64,000 nucleotides of DNA, taken from a virus (lineage: Duplodnaviria; Heunggongvirae; Uroviricota; Caudoviricetes). Positions 48,266 to 57,614 of this stretch are shown piece after piece; positions within the stretch are counted from its first letter, which is position 1, and every line of letters starts with the position of its first letter. Below the pieces are notes generated by a model. It was given only the letters and a program-made list of their open reading frames with translations. It was not told where the DNA came from and ran no database searches. Both the position numbers and the translations under genes were made by a program. The stretch is from positions 30,121 to 94,120 of IMG/VR virus record IMGVR_UViG_3300009703_000007. The stretch is one strand, 5' to 3'.

Positions 48266-48550
48266 ATGAACTTTTTATTTCAAAACGGCAAGGGCAAGTC
48301 GTCTAAAACAGCCACTGTGTACATCATCACGATGCTATTCGTGTGGTTTAAATTCGTACTGTCCGACACATCGTTTACTGTGATGGAACACAGCTTTGTG
48401 ATAGGAGCTCTTGATCCCATGTTGGTAGGCGCCATGGTGGGTGCTGCTGGCGCGGTCTACGGGTGGCGCAGACAGCAGGATTCCAAGGAACGTATGTCAG
48501 GGGATCCTGAGGCGCTCCTAGGAGAGCTTGAGAGGCTCTCAGAGGGGTAG
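48266..48550 (+). CDS. holin-like membrane protein
   Basis: 94 aa, two hydrophobic segments (VYIITMLFVWFKFVL; PMLVGAMVGAAGAVYGW), charged C-tail, after the fibre gene. Confidence 0.55.
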   Translation: MNFLFQNGKGKSSKTATVYIITMLFVWFKFVLSDTSFTVMEHSFVIGALDPMLVGAMVGAAGAVYGWRRQQDSKERMSGDPEALLGELERLSEG

Positions 48551-48552
48551 AC

Positions 48553-48966
48553 ATGCCCAACGATGTAGAAGCCCTTGTAGGGCGTGCTGTGGCCTCCTAC
48601 GAGGTCCTGAAGGATAAGCCCTGGTATAGGCGGTGGTGGTTCATCTTGTTAGCTGTGCTGGCTGCGTTGGCAGCCGCTTCGGCTATCGCCAAGGGAGTGC
48701 AAGCAGTACACCTCAAGAAGAAGACTGTGCGTACACAGAAGGCCGCGGTGCTTAAGAGCACGCAGATTATACGCCAGGAGAAGGACGCTAAGCGAAGGCA
48801 AGAGCTTGCCAAGAACGCTCTAGTGCTCAAGGCCAACCTGGATAAGCTGGACAAGGAACTGGACAAGGACCTTGAAGGGCTTACCAAAGCACAGGAAAAG
48901 ATCGCCAATGCTAAAAAATGGAAAGAGCTTTCTAGCGCTATGTCTGTCGATTCTGGTTCTTCTTAG
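48553..48966 (+). CDS. N-anchored coiled-coil membrane protein (i-spanin-like)
   Basis: WWFILLAVLAALAAASAIA transmembrane segment followed by a Lys-rich coiled coil. Confidence 0.5.
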   Translation: MPNDVEALVGRAVASYEVLKDKPWYRRWWFILLAVLAALAAASAIAKGVQAVHLKKKTVRTQKAAVLKSTQIIRQEKDAKRRQELAKNALVLKANLDKLDKELDKDLEGLTKAQEKIANAKKWKELSSAMSVDSGSS

Positions 48967-49414
48967 CCCGGTACCTGGGTTTGGACAGGAGCAGCCTACA
49001 GACCTTGCTGACGAAATGTCTTTCGACATGCTCGTCCTACCTGAGTTTGAGGTTCACTTAGAACTCAACAAAGTCTGCTACGACTTCGCAGGAGCACAGG
49101 AACTCGCAGCTAAAGACAGGGAGTTCCACAAAGTTATAATCCGTGAAGCAGATTGTTCTAAGAGAGCCAAGCTGCTAGGTGATGAGGTTGTTACCTTGCA
49201 GAGGGCGACGCTGTCTCTTCAGGCAGACCTCGATGAAGCCGAAGATAACCTGGTAGTTGCGTTTGGGCTGCTGCATTCGGCCGAAGAACAAAACCTGAAG
49301 CTTATGAACAGACCTCACCCTGCTGTGGTGGTACTAGCCATCGCGGGAGCCTTCCTAGGCGGAGCGGGCATTGGTATGGGTGTAGGTATCGGTGTAGGAC
49401 TAGGTTCTAACTAA
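48872..49414 (+). CDS. signal-peptide coiled-coil protein with C-terminal TM (spanin-like candidate)
   Basis: Likely start ATG 48908 (MLKNGKSFLALCLSILVLLSPVPGFG), heptad region, C-terminal VVVLAIAGAFLGGAGIGMGVGIGVGL. Confidence 0.5.
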   Translation: MKGLPKHRKRSPMLKNGKSFLALCLSILVLLSPVPGFGQEQPTDLADEMSFDMLVLPEFEVHLELNKVCYDFAGAQELAAKDREFHKVIIREADCSKRAKLLGDEVVTLQRATLSLQADLDEAEDNLVVAFGLLHSAEEQNLKLMNRPHPAVVVLAIAGAFLGGAGIGMGVGIGVGLGSN

Positions 49415-49753
49415 GTCCTTACATTCTGTACAGCTAGTGTATAGCAGTTGTACAGTAGTTGTACAGCAGATTCCTAAGTAGAAACATAGAGTTACAGAAC
49501 TCTATACCTAAAATAGGTAAAATACAGAAAAAGACATACATATACAGAGATACTCTCTTTGTTGTGTATGTCTTTTCTTATCCTTCTCTTATATATATAT
49601 TATATTTCTTTGAAAGAGATAATGTATATAAGAGAAGGATAAGTGCGTGGTATCGTTGAGAAAACTTACTGTACAGCTACTATACACTAAAATACAAACC
49701 GTAGTGATTACAGGTACTTAGTCCTTACATTTACTGTACACTGCGCTTACATT
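49414..49753. repeat. AT-rich non-coding element with nested inverted repeats and flanking direct repeats (origin or ncRNA candidate)
   Basis: 23-nt outer IR 49435-49457/49667-49689; inner hairpins 49486-49505, 49505-49519, 49529-49576 and a perfect 19-bp IR 49577-49595/49625-49643; AGTCCTTACATT at 49414 and 49720. Confidence 0.85.
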
Positions 49754-49757
49754 TAAC

Positions 49758-50285
49758 CTAAACGACCTTACCTGGAGACACCTTTCGGCCTACCAGCAGG
49801 TATCCGTCAGCTCGATTCCACGTCAGGATCTGTCCACACTTAGCGTCTGGCCTCCACGGTGCCCCTAGACTAATGTGTATCCAGGTTGGCTTGTTTGCAG
49901 CCCAGCCTTCGAGTATGAGCTGTCCAAACATGACGTCACTCTCATAAGCAATCCACTTCCAAACCTTTCGAAGATCTACTCGGTTGACGTGAAAGTCAGC
50001 TGCCTCAGCCTTCATGTGTTGAGAAGTCTTAGACCCACCGATAGCTTTGTTGAGGTCAGGGCCCCTATACCCGGAAGTGACGATGACTGGCCTCCGAAAC
50101 CGCGCTCGTACTGGCTCGAGTAAATCTGTGGCTACGCTCTTCAACTTGTCGTAGTGCTCCAGTCCGTCCTTTATGTTACTGTTCTGAAATCTTCGATGGC
50201 TCGTCTTAGTCATCTCTCTAAAAGAGAAGTGCTTAGAAAGTTTGGAGTCGATCCGAGTTAAGTCTTCAGGGCTGTAAATAGTCAT
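49758..50285 (-). CDS. peptidase M15A family endolysin-like protein
   Basis: VIVTSGYRGPDLNKAIGGSKTSQHMKAEAADF and WIHIS motifs. Confidence 0.88.
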   Translation of the reverse strand: MTIYSPEDLTRIDSKLSKHFSFREMTKTSHRRFQNSNIKDGLEHYDKLKSVATDLLEPVRARFRRPVIVTSGYRGPDLNKAIGGSKTSQHMKAEAADFHVNRVDLRKVWKWIAYESDVMFGQLILEGWAANKPTWIHISLGAPWRPDAKCGQILTWNRADGYLLVGRKVSPGKVV

Positions 50286-50301
50286 AGTAAATTGTTAGCT
50301 A

Positions 50302-50340
50302 AAACAAAGGGGCCGGCAACGAATGCCAGCCCTTTTCTTT
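50302..50340. terminator. terminator-like hairpin flanked by A and T tracts
   Basis: AAAGGGGCCGGCA-ACGAA-TGCCAGCCCTTTT. Confidence 0.6.
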
Positions 50341-50360
50341 TGTCCGTATTGTTGTAAGCT

Positions 50361-50714
50361 TTACCTTACGTAATACGTGCACGTACCTCGGTTGGCGCTG
50401 TCCCTTAGGAGAGCAAAGTTGAGTTCATTGTAGAAGGCACGGGCTGAGTCCGCGTCCAACACCTCTATCTCCACCTTGCCTTTAGGCATGGTGTACACAC
50501 GCATTACAGGAACTCCTGCTATGTGGACCTGTCTAGTGCTTAGGGCGTGATTTCCGGTAGGAGCCTGTATCTTGGGTTGGCCACAGCTGGCGCATCCCTT
50601 GATTCCTCGCTGCGTCATAGTCCACAGCTTTTCGTGAGTAAACTCACAGAAAGGGCAGGTGTCCGCTAGGGACACCTCTACTTCAAGCGGCTGTGGGTGG
50701 CGTGGGTTCATCAT
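50361..50714 (-). CDS. small Zn-ribbon protein
   Basis: 117 aa; CPFC and CASC pairs. Confidence 0.55.
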   Translation of the reverse strand: MMNPRHPQPLEVEVSLADTCPFCEFTHEKLWTMTQRGIKGCASCGQPKIQAPTGNHALSTRQVHIAGVPVMRVYTMPKGKVEIEVLDADSARAFYNELNFALLRDSANRGTCTYYVR

Positions 50715-51318
50715 CAGTCTCTACTCCTTGCGCCTCTTCTGTTTCCATATAGCGCAAATTAATTGTGTTAACCAACAAGTACGCATAACTCAACGGTGAA
50801 GTCGGGTCAAAATAATCAGCGGAAGTATTTGCGTAGTCGTATAGAAACACGTCGTAGGGCTCCACCTTGTTTACTACGCTGATTAGGTCCCTCACAGGAC
50901 CAGAACAATACTTATCAAGGTACTGCTCATACAGAAACTGTAGTATAGCCCAACGTGCTTGCACAAAGTTAATTGTGCGTCCGTTGAACAGGAACTCTTC
51001 TTTGGACCTGTCCAGGCCCGTTACTACTCCGTCTTTGTTTCTGAGTATCTTGATACCTACCCCGCCGTACGTCTTTGCCGGGTTAGCGAATACTTTCTCA
51101 GTATACCCTCCTTTGCGAGACTTCTTGCAGTAGTTGAACCCAGACCATACTGTAGTAACCTCTACGCGGGACTTACCTGTGCCCGGTACCGTTAGTCCTG
51201 GGCAAGGCGAGAACGGCGAGAGCACGCCAAATCCAGTATTGTCGTTCTTAGGTATCTTAATATACGTATGCTTGGTCTCACCTGTCGGAACTTCCGAGGG
51301 GTGGCAGTACTTAAGCAC
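50683..51318 (-). CDS. hypothetical protein
   Basis: 211-aa ORF in the coupled minus-strand run. Confidence 0.55.
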   Translation of the reverse strand: MLKYCHPSEVPTGETKHTYIKIPKNDNTGFGVLSPFSPCPGLTVPGTGKSRVEVTTVWSGFNYCKKSRKGGYTEKVFANPAKTYGGVGIKILRNKDGVVTGLDRSKEEFLFNGRTINFVQARWAILQFLYEQYLDKYCSGPVRDLISVVNKVEPYDVFLYDYANTSADYFDPTSPLSYAYLLVNTINLRYMETEEAQGVETDDEPTPPTAA

Positions 51319-51326
51319 ATGCCTTC

Positions 51327-52028
51327 CTAAGTAAGGGGTGTAGTAGCAGAGCCAGGCAGCGATTCTATAGACGCGTCGTCCATGGGTGCAGTAGCTAGAG
51401 GCCCTAGCGCAGATTTCCAGTTTCTGTCTGACTTGGGTATGCTGTACCTGGACAAGTTAGTCTTAGTCAGCTCTCGTGTGGCTATGATCAGAGGTCCTAT
51501 CATAGTGAACTCCCCTGCCTCAATCGCGTACTCGGCCGCGAACAAGTCCGCTGACTTTATGTGTAGACCAAAATGCTCCGACTGTAGTATGAGGTTCTTG
51601 TGTCGTAGATCTGGGTGGCCCTCACCTAGCTCATGTGCCTCAGTGGACAGCGCGGAAGGAACATACTTCTTGATGTCTCCGGGCTGAAACAGTAGCGTCC
51701 CTAAAGTCAGCAGCTTGGCGGGGCATTCGACACTCAATATGTTCAGGCTACCCTCGACAATGCCGAACCCGCCTGACACTATACCTACAATCTTGACTCT
51801 CGGTTTACGCCCTCTAGTGCTCTCCAGCACACGTAGATAGAGCAGGTTATCGTCATCGATGAATCTACTCATAGCTGCTACGTATCTGAGGTATTCTCCC
51901 ATTTCCAACTTTTGCTGGTCTGTCCAGGACAGAGGGTCAGGATACTCTTTAGCCAGCGCGTCCACAGTAGCGATAGCCGCGGCAGCATCCGGCAACTCTG
52001 CAGGATAGTCGTGTTCTAATTCGTCCAT
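51327..52028 (-). CDS. hypothetical protein
   Basis: 233-aa ORF in the coupled minus-strand run. Confidence 0.6.
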   Translation of the reverse strand: MDELEHDYPAELPDAAAAIATVDALAKEYPDPLSWTDQQKLEMGEYLRYVAAMSRFIDDDNLLYLRVLESTRGRKPRVKIVGIVSGGFGIVEGSLNILSVECPAKLLTLGTLLFQPGDIKKYVPSALSTEAHELGEGHPDLRHKNLILQSEHFGLHIKSADLFAAEYAIEAGEFTMIGPLIIATRELTKTNLSRYSIPKSDRNWKSALGPLATAPMDDASIESLPGSATTPLT

Positions 52029-52029
52029 A

Positions 52030-52593
52030 TCACAGTCCTAATTTTGAAATGTCTTCAAGTATACGCTTGACTCGGTCTTCTACGCTACCGCGGAGCACAA
52101 CGTAGTTGCTGACGTGTGAGGCACAGAACTCTCGCAGCATTACCCCTACCGCGTTACGTTCATCAGGCTTGAGTGCGCGTACGCTGTCCATATTTTTTAG
52201 AGTGTACTCTACCTCGGAGCAGGGCAGTAGGTAGCAGAGGTCGTAGTCATTAGCGTGTCTTACAGCTAGTTTTCTAAACTCTTCCCTGAACTCCACTGCT
52301 TTCTTACCTGTCTTACTTTGGTAAAAGTGAGTTCCATACAGCGCGTAAACAGGTAGTGGAGAGTCTATTATGACGTAGGGATACAGGTCTCCTATAGACC
52401 GCTCTATCTGCGCCATCTTTTCCAGCATGTACATCTGCTCAACGATATGCTCTGGAGGTCCGTACTTTTCGATGTACTCTCTAGCGTATTCTGGTAATCC
52501 AAAAGACCTAGGTAGAGCTTCGGCTAGTGCCGACGTCAGCTCAGTCTTCCCTGTGAAGGGAGCTCCAAGCAGTGCTATTTTAATCCGGGCCAT
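52030..52593 (-). CDS. AAA_28/NadR-like P-loop nucleotide kinase
   Basis: IALLGAPFTGKTELTSALAEAL...PEYAREYIE...IIDSPL. Confidence 0.75.
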   Translation of the reverse strand: MARIKIALLGAPFTGKTELTSALAEALPRSFGLPEYAREYIEKYGPPEHIVEQMYMLEKMAQIERSIGDLYPYVIIDSPLPVYALYGTHFYQSKTGKKAVEFREEFRKLAVRHANDYDLCYLLPCSEVEYTLKNMDSVRALKPDERNAVGVMLREFCASHVSNYVVLRGSVEDRVKRILEDISKLGL

Positions 52594-53342
52594 TTACTCA
52601 CAAACTCCACACAAGCGTTGTTGCGTTCGCACAGCGCTACTACACGATCGATAATACGTAGCGCCGTGGCAAACTCCGTGTCCTCTTCCTTGATAGTTAT
52701 CGCCGTAGTCATAGTGGTCCCTGCCTGACTGACCTCACTCCCCAGGACATACTCATTATTTGCGTACGTACTCATGCAGGCGTCTGCTACGTAGTTGTAC
52801 GCTTCTCTGACTGCTTCCTTTTGCTTTGCAGCCCTTGTTGCCATGTGGTCACTATCTTCGTCTCTGGTTAAAAGTACTATGTCCTCACTGGAGTCTTCCC
52901 TTTTGAGAACTACAGTAACGTCGAAGAACGTGTTATCGTTCAACTTTCTTAACACGTCACCTTCGCACCGGACTACGGATCCTTCCCTGTTGAGTGTCTG
53001 ATAGACAAACGTAGACAGCGGTCCCCTGTCCGATACCACAGCAAAGCCCTCCTTAAGTGCAGGGCTTATGACTGTTCTGTGGTGGATGAGCCTGTCCGCG
53101 CAGAACAGCAGTTTCTCTTCGTCAGGTGTCAGGTCCGTCTGGGCCAACACAGTTCTTATCAAGCAACATGCTGTAGAAGTTGGAGAGCCTGGCTCCCTGG
53201 TACTGATCGCGTCTATGTCTACAAACTCTAGTATGGTGACGATCTCATCAGCCAGCGTTGTCTTTCCAACACCGTCCGCTCCTTCGAGAACAATCAAAGG
53301 AGCTTGGTTGGTGTACTTGTGGTCGTAAAGTATTCTTCCCAT
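52575..53342 (-). CDS. tmk: thymidylate kinase
   Basis: IVLEGADGVGKTT, TREPG, LLFCADR, PALKEGFAVVSDRGPLSTFVYQ. Confidence 0.85.
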   Translation of the reverse strand: MGRILYDHKYTNQAPLIVLEGADGVGKTTLADEIVTILEFVDIDAISTREPGSPTSTACCLIRTVLAQTDLTPDEEKLLFCADRLIHHRTVISPALKEGFAVVSDRGPLSTFVYQTLNREGSVVRCEGDVLRKLNDNTFFDVTVVLKREDSSEDIVLLTRDEDSDHMATRAAKQKEAVREAYNYVADACMSTYANNEYVLGSEVSQAGTTMTTAITIKEEDTEFATALRIIDRVVALCERNNACVEFVSKWPGLK

Positions 53343-56300
53343 TTATCCACATCCCGTGGTTTCTCCACAGCTCTGGCAGGTGTAGCACGATCCTGCACGG
53401 ATGGCTATACCGCCACAATTATGGCACGGTTGGTTGTCTCCGAAGTCAGTTCTGACGTCAGAAAAGTTTACCTCGTCGTATTGCACTAATTCCTGTGTGA
53501 GACCTCTTACGGTTACCTCTCCAGAGGACAGCTGATCCAAGTATCGGGCCACATAGTCTACTATGGACGACGCAAAGCGAATATTCTCATTCTGCGTTAT
53601 GCCTTGTGGGGCGAAGTTAGCTCCACGTAGTTTGGTAGTGATAGCGTCTAGTGGCACGCCGTGTTGTAGGCCTATAGACATCATTACCGCTACGGCGTCT
53701 AGAAGGCCGCTAATGGTAGACCCTTCCTTAGAGCAGTTTATGAACACCTCTCCCACACCACCAGAAGGATAGAAGCCTGTGGTCACGTACCCCTCGAAGC
53801 CCCCTATAGTAAACTTGTGGACCTGTCCTGGACGTGTATCCGGCAGCCTTTTTCTAGGAGATCCTACAGGAGCCGCAGTTCTACCAGCGTTCTCATCGTA
53901 GGACTTGCCTGTACGTAAAGGCTGAGCGTCCTTACTACCATCCCGGTAGACTGCTACACACTTGAGTCCCTTAGTCCACGCAGTTTCGTAGATGTCTAAG
54001 ATGTCTTCGACTGTGGCGCTACTGGGCAGGTTGACTGTCTTGCTAATCGATCCGGATATAAACGGCTGGATGGCTTCCAACATGTCTATGTGTGCGGACC
54101 ATGGCAGTGCCACATCAAAGTCAGCGTCACTGCTCTCGAAGGAGCACTGGAAGATACGCTGCTCATCTGCAGAAAGCTTGTTGCATCCTTGTAGTGTGCC
54201 ATACGCTAGCACGTATGCTTCGATGGCTTCGATGTCTTCCTCAGACTTATGTAGGCGTCTGCGACAGGCGTCTATTACCGTTGGATTTGCCAACTGCATG
54301 ACGCCACCACCCACCAGCGTCTTGAACTTACGAAGGGCAAGCTCCGGTTCGCAGCCTGTAGTGTCACAACCCATAGCGAATGATATAGTTCCAGTAGGAG
54401 CTATGACTGATATCTGCGCGTTTCTAGGTGCTACATCGCTGGTAACAACTGTACTCCATGCGTCACTTGCAGCGAGTGCTAGCAGGTTAAGTGTGGTGAT
54501 GACACCTGGGGAGCTGATAGCCTGCACAGTTTTTTCCAAATCTGAATGGGCGTTCTCGTGCAACCTCAGCACTTCGCGCATGTTACCAGGATCTACTCCC
54601 TTAGCAGTACCTACGTCCCAAGTTAGGCTAATGCTCTTTTTGTACCCTGTAGCAGTCAGCAAGCTGGCTAAGCTAGCAGCTACCGCCCTCCCCTCAACTG
54701 AGTTGTACGGTACGCCCATACTCATGAGCAGCGCACCCAAGTTGGTATACCCTAAGCCCAGCGTTCGGTACAGTATGGAGTTCTCAGCTATCTTAGCTGT
54801 AGGGTAGTCAGCGCCACCCACGATTATGTCCATAGACAGTACTGCGTACTCTACGTCTTGCACAAACCGGCTTATGTCGAATGTGTTGTCTTCTATGTTG
54901 TAGTACTTCAGTAAGTTGAAGGACCCTAGATTGCACGCAGTGTCGTCTAGAAAGAGGTACTCTGAATTAGCTACCACTACGGAGTGGGTGCCTGTATCCG
55001 TAAAAGATGAAACCCCGAAGTTGTGCGTTCCTTCTACAGTAATGTCGTAGACAGGTACGGCTTCCTCTAGTGTTATGTGCTCTACGGAAGCAACGCGGTC
55101 GTTAGTCAGGTCTCGTCTTGACGAGATCCAGTCTGAGAACTTGTCCCAAGCCATGCCGCGAATTTTGCCGCCACGCGGTGAGCTAGCTGCTAGAGGTACA
55201 ATCCCCTTAAGTCCTTCATCGTGGATATGCTTGTTCCACCTGCCAGGGGTGACAGCAGACTCTACAGAGGTGTGCGTACCTCGAGGCTTGGATTCTATGT
55301 CCTCCCAGGTACTAACCAGTAGCTCCTCTGGTACATCGATGTACCTTGGATTCTTTTCTCCAGCACTGTGACTGCGGACGTGCTCGACGTGCTCCTCCAG
55401 CGTCAAGTTGCTGAGAAAGTCATTGGTAGCCTTTCCGTCTACGTGGTGTACGTGCATACCTTCGGGTATGTCTCCGTGGACTTGTGTCCACATCCAGCGT
55501 GCTAACACCTGTGTGCCAGACTTTATCTTGTCTGTTGGTCGCTGATTTATGTACCCTCTATCACTGCGCAGTGCGTTTCGCCATTTGCCTATCTTACGAA
55601 GCCGGGCTCCTTCCTCGAGGTCCTGTGCTTCCACGTAAGTGTCTACGCCGTGCGTACGAACTAAAAACTTGTGCTCTGGGGTGCAAGTCAATACAATGCC
55701 TTTATCTGTGGTAACCTTAACTAGCTTGTTAGTATGCCCAGATACCCAGGCAGCTTGTATTTTTTTAAGGACAGGTAGCCGACTTTCAATATCGTAGCTG
55801 TACGCGTACGGTAGACCCTCATTAGCGTCGAATTTTCTAGACAGCTCTTGTATTTCTACACGGCCTTCAGATGTGTCTACCCGTGTTTCTCCTACAAAGC
55901 AACACGGGTTTGACGCCCTGATTCTATCCACATGGCCACTAGTATGCCACTTCTGGATAGTGTCATCATACTGCAAACCGGGGTCTCCACACGCATACGC
56001 AGCCTCAGCAACCTCTTTGAGTAACGCCGCTGCGTTGACCTTCTTGGCTACGCCTCCGTCTGTACGTCGAGTTAAGTTCCAGTTAGGGGTGACGTCATCA
56101 GTAACAGCCAGGGACATGAATCCGTCTGTGACTCTAACGGAGTGATTTGCATTCTGGTGGAACACCGACGCGTAGGCTTCTCCGTTAAGCCCGGGCGTGT
56201 AACCAGCAGCAATCAGCTTCTTAGCCTTCTCGTCCTCCGTGACCTTGCAGGTGATGAACTCCTGTATGTCAGGATGATCCACATCCAAGATCATCATGCG

Positions 56301-56960
56301 AGCAGCTCTTCGTGTAGCTCCCCCACTCTTGATAGCGCCTGCCCAGGCGTCTAGCCCTCTCATGAAGGAGAGAGGTCCGGTAGAAGTTCCTCCTGTACTC
56401 AGGGGCTCTCCTTGCGCTCGAAGCTTAGACATGTTGGAACCGGTCCCTGAGCCTCCCTTGAACAGGATCCCCTCCGTCATACCCAGCGCTAGGATGGACT
56501 CCATGTTGTCTTCTACGGAGTTGATGAAGCAAGCACTAGCCTGCTGTGATCTGCCTTCGGCTCCAAGGTTGAACCACACTGGAGAGTTCCAAAAGAACCT
56601 CTGCGACAGCACCATGTCCATAAGCCGCGTATAGCAGTCACGTGATCCTTGGAGGTCAAAGTATCCATCCCTAACTCCCCAATCACAGATGCGAGAGCAC
56701 ACTCTGTGTGCAAGGTTGAAGATACTAGTCTCTCGACGTTCTGTACCCTGTTGTCCTCTAAAATATTTGTTAGCTACAATTTGAACTGACTGGTTTGTCC
56801 AGCTCTCAGGACACTCAACAGCCTCTTGCTCAAAAATCACGTCACCGTTCGCGTCCTCTATTCTAACATCTACGTACTTCCAGGTGACGTTAGCGTACGC
56901 GTCTTTGATAGCGTTTATAGCTACCGATTCAGTCTCTCTTAAATTGTTATGAGACAGCAT
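53343..56960 (-). CDS. nrdJ: class II (B12-dependent) ribonucleotide reductase with intein and C-terminal Zn ribbon
   Basis: WNSPVWFN, QASACFI, SNPC|SEY, ACNLGS, VIAPTGTISFAMG, ISGSISKTVN, KCVAVYRDGSK, C-terminal CHNC...CQSC. Confidence 0.93.
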   Translation of the reverse strand: MLSHNNLRETESVAINAIKDAYANVTWKYVDVRIEDANGDVIFEQEAVECPESWTNQSVQIVANKYFRGQQGTERRETSIFNLAHRVCSRICDWGVRDGYFDLQGSRDCYTRLMDMVLSQRFFWNSPVWFNLGAEGRSQQASACFINSVEDNMESILALGMTEGILFKGGSGTGSNMSKLRAQGEPLSTGGTSTGPLSFMRGLDAWAGAIKSGGATRRAARMMILDVDHPDIQEFITCKVTEDEKAKKLIAAGYTPGLNGEAYASVFHQNANHSVRVTDGFMSLAVTDDVTPNWNLTRRTDGGVAKKVNAAALLKEVAEAAYACGDPGLQYDDTIQKWHTSGHVDRIRASNPCCFVGETRVDTSEGRVEIQELSRKFDANEGLPYAYSYDIESRLPVLKKIQAAWVSGHTNKLVKVTTDKGIVLTCTPEHKFLVRTHGVDTYVEAQDLEEGARLRKIGKWRNALRSDRGYINQRPTDKIKSGTQVLARWMWTQVHGDIPEGMHVHHVDGKATNDFLSNLTLEEHVEHVRSHSAGEKNPRYIDVPEELLVSTWEDIESKPRGTHTSVESAVTPGRWNKHIHDEGLKGIVPLAASSPRGGKIRGMAWDKFSDWISSRRDLTNDRVASVEHITLEEAVPVYDITVEGTHNFGVSSFTDTGTHSVVVANSEYLFLDDTACNLGSFNLLKYYNIEDNTFDISRFVQDVEYAVLSMDIIVGGADYPTAKIAENSILYRTLGLGYTNLGALLMSMGVPYNSVEGRAVAASLASLLTATGYKKSISLTWDVGTAKGVDPGNMREVLRLHENAHSDLEKTVQAISSPGVITTLNLLALAASDAWSTVVTSDVAPRNAQISVIAPTGTISFAMGCDTTGCEPELALRKFKTLVGGGVMQLANPTVIDACRRRLHKSEEDIEAIEAYVLAYGTLQGCNKLSADEQRIFQCSFESSDADFDVALPWSAHIDMLEAIQPFISGSISKTVNLPSSATVEDILDIYETAWTKGLKCVAVYRDGSKDAQPLRTGKSYDENAGRTAAPVGSPRKRLPDTRPGQVHKFTIGGFEGYVTTGFYPSGGVGEVFINCSKEGSTISGLLDAVAVMMSIGLQHGVPLDAITTKLRGANFAPQGITQNENIRFASSIVDYVARYLDQLSSGEVTVRGLTQELVQYDEVNFSDVRTDFGDNQPCHNCGGIAIRAGSCYTCQSCGETTGCG
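54966..55901 (-). mobile_element. 312-aa intein with HNH homing endonuclease
   Basis: Starts CFVGETRV after NPC, ends VVVAN before Ser+1 (SEY); block F PVYDITVEGTHNF; HNH motif HVHHVDGKATNDFLSNL. Confidence 0.9.
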
Positions 56961-57537
56961 TAATTCTCCGCCGTAGGGCAGCCTTTAGCCCTTTGTGTTC
57001 TTTACTTCTTATTAGCTTAATGCAGGTCTCTAGACTTTGCCTTGTGACAGGCAGTTCTAGGGAAAGCTTACAGAGTCTGTTCGCCACCTGAAGTCCCACC
57101 AAAGCAAGCCCTGCAGCGTCTGTAACGTCTGTATCTTGTGGAAGAGCGTTGCGTAGTATCTGGTTGACACAGTCTGCAACATCTTCCTTGGAGGCCGATC
57201 CGCTGCCCACAACTGCGAGCTTCATCGACTTTGGAGGTATTGTTAGTAAGGGAATGCCTTTACGGATAGCGGCTAGGCGTAGCACTCCTGCTACTTGTCC
57301 CAGCGTGTGCTGCCTACTGGCAGACCCGTGAGAAGGGCCCTCTATGGCGCAGAGCAGCGGGCTCTTTCCGATCAGTATATCTTCAGTAGAGCTAAAAATA
57401 CGTTCTAGTTTTGCGTTGACGTCGCCACCTGATGGCAGCGCGATTTTCTTGTGGGTTGCCACGAGGTCAGATGACACCAGGACTAGCCCAGTACCGTTTA
57501 GTGAAGGATCCACACCTAATACTGTATAGAGAGGCAT
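56947..57537 (-). CDS. ruvC: RuvC-like Holliday junction resolvase
   Basis: LGVDPSLNGTG, AIEGP, PKSMKLAVVGSGSASKEDV, DVTDAAGLA. Confidence 0.85.
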   Translation of the reverse strand: MPLYTVLGVDPSLNGTGLVLVSSDLVATHKKIALPSGGDVNAKLERIFSSTEDILIGKSPLLCAIEGPSHGSASRQHTLGQVAGVLRLAAIRKGIPLLTIPPKSMKLAVVGSGSASKEDVADCVNQILRNALPQDTDVTDAAGLALVGLQVANRLCKLSLELPVTRQSLETCIKLIRSKEHKGLKAALRRRINAVS

Positions 57538-57614
57538 GGGTATATTTTAGCTTACTAAGACATTGGCCACGTGGCCGAAATCTTACTATTATACCTTAGT
57601 AAGGAGCTCAATTA

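Noticed and set aside
49459-49659. 66-aa + strand ORF within the palindromic element
   Set aside because: TTG start without RBS; composition is dictated by AT-rich inverted repeats; better explained as non-coding.
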